Source: an uncultured Chromatiales bacterium
GTDB taxonomy: Bacteria > Pseudomonadota > Gammaproteobacteria > DATFLL01
Assembly: GCA_964561765.1 (NCBI GenBank)
Contig: CAZLQI010000004.1
Coordinates: 54,665-118,664, forward strand
DNA: 64,000 nucleotides
Direction of reading: 5' to 3'
Both the position numbers and the translations under genes were made by a program. This document shows positions 11,091 to 21,355 of the stretch, in pieces (positions within the stretch are counted from its first letter, which is position 1; the number at the start of each line of letters is the position of its first letter). Under the pieces are notes generated by a model. The model did not search any database, was not told the DNA's origin, and was given only the letters and a program-made list of their open reading frames with translations.

Positions 11091-11561
11091 CTATTCGCTC
11101 GCCGATGTGCGGCCCACGCCCTCCAGGCACAGGCGCACCCGGAGGCGACGCAACAGATCCTCAGGCAGGCTGTCCACGGCCAGCACGACTGCCCGGTCGC
11201 GCGCACACGGACAGGAAAAACGCAATACGATCAAAACAGGCAGAACAAGACTATCAGCCAGCAAATGGCCCTCCAGCACCTCGCCAGATCGGGTAAACAG
11301 ACGCCAGCGCCCCTCACCGGACCAATCAAGCCGCACAATCGCCGCCGGATCTCGCAAGCGCACCCGGCGCAGTCCAAGGGACAGGCTCCAGAGCACCAGA
11401 CCCAATAACCCGATGCGCAGCCCGTACGGCACACTGAGGGGAGACAACAAGGCAGTGATGCCCAGCACATGCACCGCGATTAGTGCGCAGGTCAACTGTC
11501 GCGAGGGCTGCAGCTCAAGGCTCAACCGCGTTGCGAATTTGGACGACAACATCAGCGACAT
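11091..11561 (-). CDS. ygfX: YgfX/CptA-family inner-membrane protein (DUF1434)
   Basis: About 155 aa with two TM helices after a short N-terminal segment. Immediately downstream of sdhE, as in the E. coli sdhE-ygfX pair. The start is uncertain. Confidence 0.55.
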   Translation of the reverse strand: MSLMLSSKFATRLSLELQPSRQLTCALIAVHVLGITALLSPLSVPYGLRIGLLGLVLWSLSLGLRRVRLRDPAAIVRLDWSGEGRWRLFTRSGEVLEGHLLADSLVLPVLIVLRFSCPCARDRAVVLAVDSLPEDLLRRLRVRLCLEGVGRTSASE

Positions 11562-11763
11562 CCTTGTCAAAGGGCACGGCACGGCCCATCAGATATTCCA
11601 GTAGCAAGGGATCGGAGCACGCCAGCAGGGTTTCCAGTGCCGTGCGCTGTACCGCATCCAGTTCGGCATAACGCCGGTCCATAAAACCCTGCAACAGGGC
11701 ATCGAGTTCCAGCATACCACGCCGACATTGCCAATAGAGGCGCTGGAAGTCCCGCGTCTGCAT
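11515..11763 (-). CDS. sdhE: FAD assembly factor SdhE (YgfY/CptB)
   Basis: 82 aa: MQTRDFQRLYWQCRRGMLELD... aligns with E. coli SdhE (the conserved WACRRGM.ELD motif). Confidence 0.8.
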   Translation of the reverse strand: MQTRDFQRLYWQCRRGMLELDALLQGFMDRRYAELDAVQRTALETLLACSDPLLLEYLMGRAVPFDKDVADVVVQIRNAVEP

Positions 11764-11785
11764 TACCGAAGCATCGAGCACCACG

Positions 11786-11794
11786 CCCCCCCCC
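11786..11794. repeat. Homopolymeric C9 (G9 on the coding strand) tract in the sdhB-sdhE intergenic spacer
   Basis: Nine consecutive C at 11786-11794, about 22 nt upstream of the sdhE ATG. Confidence 0.8.
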
Positions 11795-11807
11795 GGACCC
11801 GTGTCCT

Positions 11808-12503
11808 TCAAACCATCTCCTGGAGCATCAGATGCTTGATGGCATGGATGGCTCGTGCCGGATTCAGCCCCTTGGGGCAGGCTTCGACACAGTTCATGAT
11901 GGTGTGACAACGGAACAGGCGATAGGGACCATCGAGTTCCTGCAACCGCTGAGCAGTGGCCTGATCCCGACTGTCGGCCAAAAAACGATAGGCTTGCAAC
12001 AAAGCGGCCGGACCACGGAACTTGTCCGGGTTCCACCAAAAAGACGGGCACGCAGTGGAACAACAGCCACACAGAATACACTCGTACAGACCATCGAGAC
12101 GCTCCCGTTCCTCAGGGCTTTGGCGGTATTCCACTTCCGGTTCAGGCTCGTTGACAATGAGGTAGGGCTTGACTGCCCGGTAGTGTTGAAAAAACTGGCT
12201 CATGTCGACCACCAGGTCACGCACCACCGGCATACCGGGTAGCGGGCGTACCTCCACCGGCTCACTAAGGTCCGCCAACGCGGTCACACAGGCCAGACCG
12301 TTGCGCCCATTGATATTCATGGCATCGGAGCCGCACACGCCTTCACCGCAGGAATGACGAAAGCTCAAACTCTCATCCTGGGCCTTGATGCGCAACAGCG
12401 CATCGCGCAACATCATGTCCGCACGAACCTCATCCAGCGCATACGCCTTCATATATGGCTTGGCGTCAGTCTCGGGATTGTAGCGGTAGATCAGAAACTG
12501 CAT
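11808..12503 (-). CDS. sdhB: Succinate dehydrogenase iron-sulfur subunit
   Basis: 2Fe-2S and 4Fe-4S Cys motifs (CGSCAMNING.., CILCGCCS). Full-length SdhB. Confidence 0.9.
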   Translation of the reverse strand: MQFLIYRYNPETDAKPYMKAYALDEVRADMMLRDALLRIKAQDESLSFRHSCGEGVCGSDAMNINGRNGLACVTALADLSEPVEVRPLPGMPVVRDLVVDMSQFFQHYRAVKPYLIVNEPEPEVEYRQSPEERERLDGLYECILCGCCSTACPSFWWNPDKFRGPAALLQAYRFLADSRDQATAQRLQELDGPYRLFRCHTIMNCVEACPKGLNPARAIHAIKHLMLQEMV

Positions 12504-12623
12504 CAGAAAGTCCTCAATCCTCAGTGGTCAGGCAAAAATACGCCGAGGTTCCTCGCCGCCACCACCGTCAACGCCCCCTCACGTCACACCACCCTCTGCT
12601 TCTTGCCAACCACGGAGATTAGC

Positions 12624-14384
12624 TCAGTAAACGCGTGCCTTTGGCGGAAACGAATCGACGCTAAGCGGCTTGATATGCACCGGTTTGTAATCCAGCCGAC
12701 GCCCCTGTTTGTAAAACAGACTGTGTTTGAGCCAGCTCTTGTCGTCACGTTCCGGATAATCGATCCGGCTATGCGCCCCACGGCTCTCCCGACGGGCCAG
12801 GGCAGAGGTTACCGTGGCAACGGCAAGATCGATCAGGTTCTCCAGCTCCATCGCCTCAATTCGGGCAGTATTGAACACCTTACTGTAGTCACGCAGGCGC
12901 ACATCCACCAACCGGGCCTCCAAAGCCAGTATCTTCTCCAGACCTTCCTGCAGCACTTCCTCGCGGCGAAACACGCCACAATAGTCTTCCATGGTTTCCT
13001 GCATCTCACTGCGCAGGGCGTCGACGCTCTCCCCGTCACCGCGCTGGTCCCACCGAGTCAGGCGCGCCATGGCCTGATCCAGGCTGTCCTGCGCCAGCGC
13101 GCGGTGATAATGGTTTTCCTGCAGATATTTGATGATGTGATTACCCGCAGCACGACCGAACACCACGATGTCGAGCAATGAATTACCACCGAGACGATTT
13201 GCACCATGCACGGAGACACAGGCACACTCTCCCGCGGCATACAGACCCGGGATGACCTCCTGGCCCTGCTCTATCGGCACCACCACCTGACCATGACGAT
13301 CGGTAGGGATGCCTCCCATCGTGTAGTGCGTGGTGGGAAAAACCGGAATCGGCGCGGTAACCGGGTCGATGTGCAGGAAGGTCCGCACCATGTCCCGGAT
13401 CCCGGGCAGGCGTTTGGCCACGACCCCTTCGCCGAGATGCTCAAGCTTGAGCAGGACATGGTCTGCCTTAGGACCACACCCTCTACCCTCACGCACCTCG
13501 ATGGCAATCGCCCGACTGACCACATCGCGACTGGCCAGATCCAACGCGTGGGGGGCATAGCGCGTCATGAAGCGCTCGCCATCTTTGTTGATGAGATAGC
13601 CTCCCTCGCCACGCGCACCTTCGGTGATCAGCATGCCCTTGCCAGCGATGCCGGTGGGGTGAAACTGGAAAAACTCCATATCCTGCAACGGAATACCGAC
13701 ACGCAGTGCCATGGCCAGGCCATCGCCCGTATTGATATGTGCATTGGTATTCGTGCGAAATAGCTGACCGGCCCCGCCGCTGGCGATGAGCGTCGTCTTG
13801 GCCTCGATCAACAGCGGTTCACCGGTCTCGATCTCCATGACCAGCGCCCCGAGGATGAAACCGTCGACATCCTTGATCAGATCAATACAGAAATATTCGT
13901 CGAAAAAATGTGTTTTGGCACGGATATTCTGCTGGTAGAGGGCGTGTAACAGTGCGTGGCCGGTGCGATCCGCTGCGGCACAAGTCCGTACGGCCTGCTC
14001 ACCACCGAAGTTCTGACTCTGCCCGCCGAAGGCACGCTGATAGATGCGGCCATCGTCCAGTCGTGAGAATGGCACTCCGGCATGTTCGAGCTCAATCACC
14101 AGATCCGCTGCCGCCCGACACATGTATTCAATGGCATCCTGATCGCCCAAGTAGTCGCTGCCCTTGATGGTGTCATACATATGCCAATGCCAATTGTCGG
14201 GCAGGACATTGCCCAGGGCAGCATTGATCCCGCCTTGGGCGGCCACCGTGTGCGAGCGGGTGGGGAATACCTTGGAGACCACGGCAACGGTAGCCTCCGC
14301 CTGCGCGAGCTGCAGGGCCGCCCGCAGACCGGCACCACCCGCACCAATGACTAGAGAATCGAATTTGCGTTTTGGTAGACTCAT
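12624..14384 (-). CDS. sdhA: Succinate dehydrogenase flavoprotein subunit
   Basis: FAD motif VIGAGGAGLRAA and the His-FAD attachment region RSHTVAAQGG. The start is probably MSLPKRKFD at 14384. Confidence 0.9.
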   Translation of the reverse strand: MSLPKRKFDSLVIGAGGAGLRAALQLAQAEATVAVVSKVFPTRSHTVAAQGGINAALGNVLPDNWHWHMYDTIKGSDYLGDQDAIEYMCRAAADLVIELEHAGVPFSRLDDGRIYQRAFGGQSQNFGGEQAVRTCAAADRTGHALLHALYQQNIRAKTHFFDEYFCIDLIKDVDGFILGALVMEIETGEPLLIEAKTTLIASGGAGQLFRTNTNAHINTGDGLAMALRVGIPLQDMEFFQFHPTGIAGKGMLITEGARGEGGYLINKDGERFMTRYAPHALDLASRDVVSRAIAIEVREGRGCGPKADHVLLKLEHLGEGVVAKRLPGIRDMVRTFLHIDPVTAPIPVFPTTHYTMGGIPTDRHGQVVVPIEQGQEVIPGLYAAGECACVSVHGANRLGGNSLLDIVVFGRAAGNHIIKYLQENHYHRALAQDSLDQAMARLTRWDQRGDGESVDALRSEMQETMEDYCGVFRREEVLQEGLEKILALEARLVDVRLRDYSKVFNTARIEAMELENLIDLAVATVTSALARRESRGAHSRIDYPERDDKSWLKHSLFYKQGRRLDYKPVHIKPLSVDSFPPKARVY

Positions 14385-14722
14385 AGCACCACGACAGACA
14401 GAACAATCATCAGGACCCACACCACCATGGCCAGCAGCGCGAGCAGAACCAGGCCGAGCAGGACCAGGCGCAAGGCCAAGGGGTGGACATAATCAATCAG
14501 GATATTGCGCAATCCGACCCAGGTATGGATCAGCAAGGCGGCAAAAAACAACGCAACAGCCACACTGACCACCGGCATCGCCAACAGCGCGTGCCATGCC
14601 GCAAAGTCCAAGGGGTACATGATGCCCAGCACGGGCAGCGCCGCCAGCACGAACACGACCAGATAGATCGCGCTCAGACGCTGCCACAGCCACGCCCTGA
14701 GGCCCTGCACACGCCAGTTCAC
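14381..14722 (-). CDS. sdhD: Succinate dehydrogenase membrane anchor subunit
   Basis: About 113 aa with three TM helices. A GTG start overlaps the sdhC TGA (GTGA). Confidence 0.75.
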   Translation of the reverse strand: MNWRVQGLRAWLWQRLSAIYLVVFVLAALPVLGIMYPLDFAAWHALLAMPVVSVAVALFFAALLIHTWVGLRNILIDYVHPLALRLVLLGLVLLALLAMVVWVLMIVLSVVVL

Positions 14723-15120
14723 CACAGGACCCCTGCTGCACCTACCAGCGCCGTGACCACCAGCGCCAGCAGACCAACGGCCCAAGCGCTACGACGTGCG
14801 GGACGCAGTGCCGTACCCCAGCCCATATCCAGGTACAGGTGGCGTAATCCGGTGAACAAGTGATGTGACAAGGCCCAAGTGGCCACCAACAGCACCACTC
14901 TGACCGGCAAGGCGTCAAACCAGGACCTCACCGCGGCAAAACCCTGGGCATCGTGCAACGAGCGCTGCAGGCCATAAATGAGGACAGGGGTCAGTAAAAC
15001 CAGCAGAATACCCGAAATCCGGTGTGCGACCGAGATCACGGCAATGATCGGTTGGTGTATCTTGAACAGATTGAGATACTTGGGACGGCGCTTACTCACG
15101 GGGTGTGTGCCTGGCAACAT
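14719..15120 (-). CDS. sdhC: Succinate dehydrogenase cytochrome b556 subunit
   Basis: About 133 aa: KRRPKYLNLFKIHQPIIAVISVAHRISG matches the SdhC N-terminus. The start is probably MLPGTHP. Confidence 0.85.
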   Translation of the reverse strand: MLPGTHPVSKRRPKYLNLFKIHQPIIAVISVAHRISGILLVLLTPVLIYGLQRSLHDAQGFAAVRSWFDALPVRVVLLVATWALSHHLFTGLRHLYLDMGWGTALRPARRSAWAVGLLALVVTALVGAAGVLW

Positions 15121-15309
15121 GGCGCTCAGTGAGGGGGGGATGACATCGGGGACAGCGCAGACCCTGCGCACCGGCATGCCTGATGCTGAATAAAGAGAAT
15201 CACTGTCACGCTGAACACACGCATTCATACCCTGCAATGTTGTATCATGCTTGTCTTTGATTCTAACCTAATTTCTGACAGAAAACAGACCAACCTGAAA
15301 CAGGGCCTG

Positions 15310-16368
15310 ATGATGAATGCAATTTGGCAAAGATACCTGGAACACGAAGGTGCCCACTTAGGCGCTAACCGTAGCGTCATTTTCAGTGATGAGTCAACTG
15401 AAATCGAGGCCATCGAGGGCGATGTTATTGCCGACCTCTCACACCTCGGACTCATTCGCGTCCACGGCGCAGATGCCCACGATTTTCTCCAGGGCCAGTT
15501 CAGCAATGATCTACGCCAGGTCGACGCGACCCACAGTCAACTCAGTGCCTATTGCAGTCCCAAGGGCCGCATATTGACCGGCTTTCGCCTATTCATGCGT
15601 GAGGAGGCCTTCTACCTTGTACTACCCCGTGAGCTGCTCGAGGCCACCCTCAAGCGCCTACGTCTGTTTGTGCTGCGCAGTCAGGTGGTGCTCGAAGAGG
15701 CAAGCGATACACTCGTCGCAATGGGCGTAGCCGGTGCCAAGGTGGACACCCACCTGCGCCCCTGGTTCACCGATGTGCCCACCGCACTCAACAGCGGCCG
15801 CACGGAGAACGGCATCACTGCCCTTTGTCTGTCGGATCACCACGCCCCCCGGTACATGCTGTTTGCCCCGCCCGAACGGCTTGTTACACTCTGGGCAGCA
15901 CTCCGGAAAACAACCCAGGCGGTGGGCACTGCAGCTTGGCGCATGCTGGATATCCGCGCGGGTATTCCCTTGATTCAGACCGCTACCGTCGAGGCCTTTG
16001 TCCCGCAGATGGTAAACTACCAGCTCATCGGCGGCGTCAGTTTTAAAAAGGGCTGCTATCCGGGTCAGGAGGTGGTCGCCCGTATGCAGTACCTGGGCAA
16101 GCTCAAACGCCGCATGTACCGGGCCCGTATTGACCACGACGACGACCTCACCACGCCCAGTGCCGGCGATGATCTCTACGATGCGCATGGCGATGACCAA
16201 AGTGCCGGGAAGATAGTCGACGCACAAGCCCTGCCCACAGGGGGTTACGAGTTGCTCGCCGTCATCCGGATCGCCGCGGCCGATGGCGGTGAACTGCGAC
16301 TGCACAGGCGCAATGGGGTCCCGGTCCATCTGCAGACCCTACCCTATGCGCTCGACCAGGCCAAGTAG
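15310..16368 (+). CDS. ygfZ: tRNA-modifying folate-binding protein YgfZ (CAF17 family)
   Basis: KGCYPGQE motif near the C-terminus and an aminomethyltransferase-like fold. Genomic association with sdhE-ygfX as in E. coli. Confidence 0.8.
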   Translation: MMNAIWQRYLEHEGAHLGANRSVIFSDESTEIEAIEGDVIADLSHLGLIRVHGADAHDFLQGQFSNDLRQVDATHSQLSAYCSPKGRILTGFRLFMREEAFYLVLPRELLEATLKRLRLFVLRSQVVLEEASDTLVAMGVAGAKVDTHLRPWFTDVPTALNSGRTENGITALCLSDHHAPRYMLFAPPERLVTLWAALRKTTQAVGTAAWRMLDIRAGIPLIQTATVEAFVPQMVNYQLIGGVSFKKGCYPGQEVVARMQYLGKLKRRMYRARIDHDDDLTTPSAGDDLYDAHGDDQSAGKIVDAQALPTGGYELLAVIRIAAADGGELRLHRRNGVPVHLQTLPYALDQAK

Positions 16369-16497
16369 TCGGAGACACCACAGCGTGCCTTTCTGGCTCA
16401 ATGGACCGGGACGAGCACATACGCTGGCTTTTGGCGTGATACCCGACCTCAACTCTTCCCGCAACCGGCCGATAGCCAGTAACAGAAAGGCACACCC

Positions 16498-17361
16498 TTG
16501 ACTACGATGGATGGCAGTATGATGGATGATCTGGAACAGCGCTTTATAACCGAACTGCTCGATGAGTTGACCCACGATCGTCTGGTCCTGCCCACCCTGC
16601 CCGAAGTCGCCCTCAAGGTGCGCGACGCACTGGAAAACGACGACGTCAATGTGGGGCAGATTGCTCTGGTAGTCGCCCTAGATGCCGCACTCTCGGCACG
16701 GCTGATTCAGGTCGTCAACAGCCCCCTGCTGCGTGCCAGCAAACACATCGACAGTCTGGAGGCGGCCATTACCCGCATGGGCCTGAATATGACCCGCAAC
16801 ATGGTCACAAGCATGGTCATGGAGCAGATGTTTCAGGCCACCTCCGATGTCACCGACCAGCGTTTGCGCACCGTCTGGGCCCATAGCACACAGGTCGCCG
16901 CCATCAGCTACGCTCTGGCCGGCCAATTCACCCGTCTGCAACCTGATCAGGCCCTACTGGCCGGACTGGTGCATGACATCGGCACCCTGCCCATCCTCAG
17001 TCGGGCCGAGGAGTATCCTGAACTGCTTGCCGATGAGACCATGCTCGACCGCATCGTGGCGCGTATGCATGGACACATCGGCGAGGCCATCCTCAAGCAC
17101 TGGGGTTTCAGCGAGGAACTGGTCATGGTGGCCGCCCAGCACGAGAACCTGCAACGCGACAGTCAGAGCGTAGATTATGTGGATGTCATCACGGTGGCCA
17201 ACCTGCAGAGCCACCTGGGCACCGATCACCCACTCACTGATGTTGACTGGAACACCGTACCCGCGTTCAGCAAATTGGGACTTGGTGCAGAGGTGAACGT
17301 CATCGAGATCGAGGAAGTCAACAATGACGTCGAGGCGGTAAAAACCGTACTGGGTCACTAA
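16498..17361 (+). CDS. HDOD domain signalling protein
   Basis: 287 aa with an HD-related output domain pattern (LPTLPEVALKV...; H/D residues HDIG-like at GLVHDIGTL). Confidence 0.65.
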   Translation: MTTMDGSMMDDLEQRFITELLDELTHDRLVLPTLPEVALKVRDALENDDVNVGQIALVVALDAALSARLIQVVNSPLLRASKHIDSLEAAITRMGLNMTRNMVTSMVMEQMFQATSDVTDQRLRTVWAHSTQVAAISYALAGQFTRLQPDQALLAGLVHDIGTLPILSRAEEYPELLADETMLDRIVARMHGHIGEAILKHWGFSEELVMVAAQHENLQRDSQSVDYVDVITVANLQSHLGTDHPLTDVDWNTVPAFSKLGLGAEVNVIEIEEVNNDVEAVKTVLGH

Positions 17362-17471
17362 CGCCCAGCCAGTCGGCAGTGATCGGACTCTGCTCAGACC
17401 TCATCAGCGCATACCTTCGTCCGGCTCCGGACGCGTGCGGCATTCAGCCGACAGGGGGGTTCGGCCGCTCA

Positions 17472-19019
17472 CTACTGTACGGCGTCATCGCCTGCCGGGC
17501 GCATGTGCGGAAACAACAAGACATCGCGAATTGACGGCGCATCCGTAAACAGCATAACCAGACGATCGATACCGATGCCCTCACCAGCCGTGGGTGGCAT
17601 GCCATGTTCGAGGGCACGCACATAGTCGGCATCGAAGTGCATGGCCTCTGCATCACCGGCCTCCTTCTCAGCCACCTGCCTGCGAAAACGCTCGGCCTGA
17701 TCCTCGTAATCGTTAAGCTCCGAGAAGCCATTGGCAATCTCGCGACCACCAACAAAGAATTCGAAACGATCCGTCACAAAGGGGTCCTGATCATTGCACC
17801 GCGCCAGCGGCGAAACCTCGGTGGGATAGGCAGTGATAAAAGTGGGGTCCTGCAATTGTCCTTCCACTGTTTTTTCGAATATCTCGATCTGTAGCTTGCC
17901 CAGCCCCCAACTTGCCTTGATGGGAATACCAAGGTGGCGCGCCACGCCACGGGCGCGATCCTGATCATCAAGATCGGCCGTCGACAAATCAGGGTTGAAG
18001 TGCAGGATAGACCCTTTGACGCTCATGCGTGCAAAGGGTTTGCTGAAATCATAGCACTCACCCTGATAGCTGATCTGCGCCGAGCCGATCACATCTTCGG
18101 CAATGCCGCGCAGGAGCGTCTCGGTCAGGTTCATCAAATCCGTGTAAGTTGCATAGGCCTCATAGAACTCCAGCATAGTGAATTCCGGATTGTGCCGGGT
18201 GGAGAGACCTTCGTTGCGGAAATTACGGTTGATCTCGTAAACACGCTCAAAACCACCGACGACCAAACGCTTGAGATACAGCTCGGGCGCTATGCGCAGG
18301 AACAGGGGCATATCCAGCGCATTGTGATAGGTCGTAAAGGGCCGGGCCGTGGCCCCCCCCGGAATCGCCTGCATCATCGGCGTCTCGACCTCGAGGAAGT
18401 CACGTCCATTGAGGAAATTGCGAATATAGTTGACGATGCGTGTGCGTGTGCGAAAAGTCTCGCGCACCGACTCATTCATGATGAGATCGACATAGCGCTG
18501 GCGGTAGCGCTGCTCGGTATCCACCATACCCTTGAACTTGTCCGGCAAGGGCCGCATGGCCTTAGTCAGTAGGCGCAGCGTGTCGACCTTGACCGAAAGC
18601 TCGCCTTTTTTGGTCTTGATGAGGGTACCCTCAGCACCGATGATATCGCCCAGATCCCAGCTCTTGAACCGTGCATAGTCCCCCTCGGGCAGGATATCGC
18701 GTTCCACCCACAGCTGTATGCGCCCGGACATATCCATGAGCTGGGCGAAACTGAGTTTACCCATCACCCGCTTGAGCATCATCCGCCCGGCAATGGCCAC
18801 ACGCACCTGTGCCTGTTTCAAGGCATCGTTGTCCTTTTCGCCGTATTGCGCGCGCAACTCACCGGTCATGACATCGCGATGAAAATCGTTCGGAAACGCC
18901 ACACCCTGTTCGCGCAGCCGTTGTAACTTCTCACGCCGCTGCGCGATCAGCGCATGCTCATCGTGTTGTCCGGTGCCTGCTGGCCCGGCGTGTCGTTCAC
19001 TCTCGTTTGAGTCACTCAT
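17472..19019 (-). CDS. lysS: Lysyl-tRNA synthetase class II
   Basis: Full-length similarity to E. coli LysS: an N-terminal anticodon-binding OB fold and class II motifs ([16 protein letters not shown]). Confidence 0.9.
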   Translation of the reverse strand: MSDSNESERHAGPAGTGQHDEHALIAQRREKLQRLREQGVAFPNDFHRDVMTGELRAQYGEKDNDALKQAQVRVAIAGRMMLKRVMGKLSFAQLMDMSGRIQLWVERDILPEGDYARFKSWDLGDIIGAEGTLIKTKKGELSVKVDTLRLLTKAMRPLPDKFKGMVDTEQRYRQRYVDLIMNESVRETFRTRTRIVNYIRNFLNGRDFLEVETPMMQAIPGGATARPFTTYHNALDMPLFLRIAPELYLKRLVVGGFERVYEINRNFRNEGLSTRHNPEFTMLEFYEAYATYTDLMNLTETLLRGIAEDVIGSAQISYQGECYDFSKPFARMSVKGSILHFNPDLSTADLDDQDRARGVARHLGIPIKASWGLGKLQIEIFEKTVEGQLQDPTFITAYPTEVSPLARCNDQDPFVTDRFEFFVGGREIANGFSELNDYEDQAERFRRQVAEKEAGDAEAMHFDADYVRALEHGMPPTAGEGIGIDRLVMLFTDAPSIRDVLLFPHMRPAGDDAVQ

Positions 19020-19099
19020 TGTCTCGCCATGTCAGGGCCCGTCTGCGCTCTACCTCGTTGTGCAGAGGGTCATCATCACCATTATCGTTTGATTTACAC

Positions 19100-20198
19100 C
19101 TAGAGTCCGCTCTTCAGACTGGCCTGAATAAACGCATCCAGCTCCCCGTCCAACACCGCCTGGGTATTGCCGGTCTCGACCCCCGTGCGCAGATCCTTGA
19201 TACGGGACTGGTCAAGCACATAGGAGCGAATCTGGCTGCCCCAGCCGATATCCGACTTGGCATCTTCCTGCGCCTGTTTCTCTTCGTTGCGCTTTTGCAG
19301 TTCCATTTCGTAGATCTTGGCCTTGAGCTGATTCATGGCATGCGCCTTGTTCTGGTGCTGGGAACGCTCACTCTGGCATTGCGCCACGATACCCGTCGGG
19401 TTATGCGTAATGCGCACTGCCGAATCGGTCCGGTTGACGTGCTGACCACCCGCACCACTGGCACGATAGGTGTCGATACGCAAGTCAACCGGATTAATCT
19501 CGATTTCGATGTCCTCATTCACTTCCGGGTAGATAAACACCGAGGCGAAGGAGGTATGGCGACGATTGCCCGAGTCGAACGGCGATTTGCGCACCAGCCG
19601 ATGCACGCCCGTCTCCGTGCGCAGCCAGCCATAAGCGTAGTCGCCGACAAATCGCACCGTAACACTCTTGAGACCAGCCACCTCTCCCCCCGAGAGTTCG
19701 ATGATCTCCGTGCTAAAACCACTGCGCTCACCCCAGCGCAGGTACATACGCAACAACATATTGGCCCAATCCTGCGCCTCGGTCCCCCCGGAACCGGCCT
19801 GAATATCCAAATAGGCATTCCTGGCATCCATGGCGCCGGAAAACATGCGCCGAAACTCCAAACCGGCCAGTTGCTGGTCGTAGGCCTCAAGCTCGTTGCT
19901 CACGGCATTGAAGGTCTCCGCATCATTCTCCTCTGCGGCCATTTCCAGCAATTCCTCAGTCTCCTGCAAGCCGGTGTCGAGTCTACGCAGGGTCTCGACG
20001 ATCTGTTCCAGACGCGCACGCTCACGGCCCAGTTCCTGGGCGTGTTCTGGGATATTCCAAACGGCGGGATCTTCCAGTTCGCGAATCACCTCTACCAGGC
20101 GTTCCTGCTTGGTATCGTAGTCAAAGATACCCCCTCAGGGCATGTGCGCGCCCTCGCATATCCTTGATACGGGTGCGCACCGCATTGCACTCCAACAT
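19100..20198 (-). CDS. prfB: Peptide chain release factor 2, with programmed +1 ribosomal frameshift
   Basis: A frame-0 leader [25 protein letters not shown] ends at CTT TGA C (complement of 20120-20126), preceded by an internal SD AGGGGG. The +1 frame continues [23 protein letters not shown]... through the GGQ motif (SGAGGQHVN). The shift site is identical to E. coli. Confidence 0.9.
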
Positions 20199-20343
20199 TT
20201 TGTTTCCACCTATTCGACATAAAATCAAAGCCGCTTATGATACAACAGGCGGGCAAGGCAGAGAAAGGCAAGACTGCCTTTCGCAGAGTCAAGGAGGGAA
20301 CTCGACCGAGAGAGGATACTACATCACCGGCGCCAGACCACAC

Positions 20344-20787
20344 TCAAGTCCCGCTGAGCAGGTGACTGCAACGGCTCATGAGTTCATCGGCCTTTTTCTC
20401 ATCAATAAAGAGCTGGACCATTTTCTTGCAGTTTGCCGCCACTTCCAGCAGGGCATCGTGCGTGGCCGGTGCCTCCTGCAACTTCTTGACCACCTTGCTG
20501 GCGTCGGCGCCCAACACTTCCTGCGCCAGGGCGACGAGCTGCTGTTTTATCAATTCGTAATCGGTCCCACCACCGTTAGCGGGACCAACATAGCCCTCGT
20601 TAATCAACTGCCTGAGACTGTCTTCCAGTTGCGGTAGCCCGCCACCTTTTTGCAGCAGATCCGTGATCGAGGAGTGACCGTCAACCAGTATCAAGGCCAC
20701 GCGCAGACCGCTCGACAGATGCGCGCCACGGGTCGCAATTTCCGTCTCACCCTTCTGGGTCTTTTGCAGGATATCCGCGTTGTGCAT
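20344..20787 (-). CDS. Hypothetical soluble protein, weakly roadblock/LC7/MglB-like
   Basis: 147-aa ORF of unknown family. The N-terminal helix followed by LRVALILVDGHSS loosely resembles the roadblock beta1 motif. C-terminal helical tail. Confidence 0.45.
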   Translation of the reverse strand: MHNADILQKTQKGETEIATRGAHLSSGLRVALILVDGHSSITDLLQKGGGLPQLEDSLRQLINEGYVGPANGGGTDYELIKQQLVALAQEVLGADASKVVKKLQEAPATHDALLEVAANCKKMVQLFIDEKKADELMSRCSHLLSGT

Positions 20788-20791
20788 GATA

Positions 20792-21109
20792 CTACTCAGA
20801 CATGATCCGGATGATGCGGTAGATCATCTTGACAGTGATAAGGACATATATCGCACCGAACAGAAAGATCAGAGAGGCAATCATATTCAGACTTGCCACC
20901 GGTATCCGCGAGAAAAACGGTGTGGTGAGATAGCCGATAGTAAACAGGCCGACAAGCCACGACATCACGGTCCACTGACGCCCCACGACGCCACCAGGCA
21001 CCTCGGCCTTAAGACTAAGGACCAGCCAGAGACAATAGACCATCACCAGGATAGCGATAAGACTGATGAGCAGACTGGGGTATTTCATAATGTTTTGGAA
21101 TAAAAACAT
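20792..21109 (-). CDS. Hypothetical small membrane protein
   Basis: About 105 aa with three predicted TM helices. GGAGGAAA SD 9 nt before the ATG. Lower GC than the flanking genes. 4-nt gap to the downstream gene. Confidence 0.45.
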   Translation of the reverse strand: MFLFQNIMKYPSLLISLIAILVMVYCLWLVLSLKAEVPGGVVGRQWTVMSWLVGLFTIGYLTTPFFSRIPVASLNMIASLIFLFGAIYVLITVKMIYRIIRIMSE

Positions 21110-21217
21110 GGTGGCCGCTTTCCTCCGAGGTCGCATCACTGTCTGGCGTAACACTATGTTTTATTTTTATTATTTTTCGTACCTTCCTGCTCTATTATCC
21201 CCCGTATTACTCGCGAT

Positions 21218-21246
21218 AACATAGTCGGAATGTGCACTGTGGTCAA
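21218..21246 (-). promoter_or_regulatory. Putative sigma-70 promoter in the AT-rich spacer upstream of the small-gene cassette
   Basis: On the minus strand, TTGACC, a 17-nt spacer, then TATGTT. The surrounding 200 nt (21155-21355) are conspicuously AT-rich. Confidence 0.3.
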
Positions 21247-21355
21247 TATTTTACAATATAATCATGCGATACTGCGCGATCGCGTCGGCGCAGACCTTAC
21301 GCGAAGTATGTCCTGAGTCGAGGCTCGTGGCCCACCGCCCGTACTGTCGACCAAT

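Noticed and set aside
11107-11604. 165-aa Arg-rich plus-strand ORF
   Set aside because: It is antisense to ygfX/sdhE. The composition is an artefact of GC-rich antisense reading.
12354-13181. 275-aa plus-strand ORF
   Set aside because: It lies entirely antisense to the well-supported sdhA/sdhB genes and has no recognisable similarity. This is a typical long spurious ORF in GC-rich DNA. The same applies to 19007-20167, 24422-25738, 25828-26802, 27869-28837, 33221-34090 and 34154-35299.
20092-20343. 83-aa ORF upstream of prfB
   Set aside because: It is an artefact of the prfB programmed frameshift. The real frame-0 leader is only 25 codons (20124-20198).
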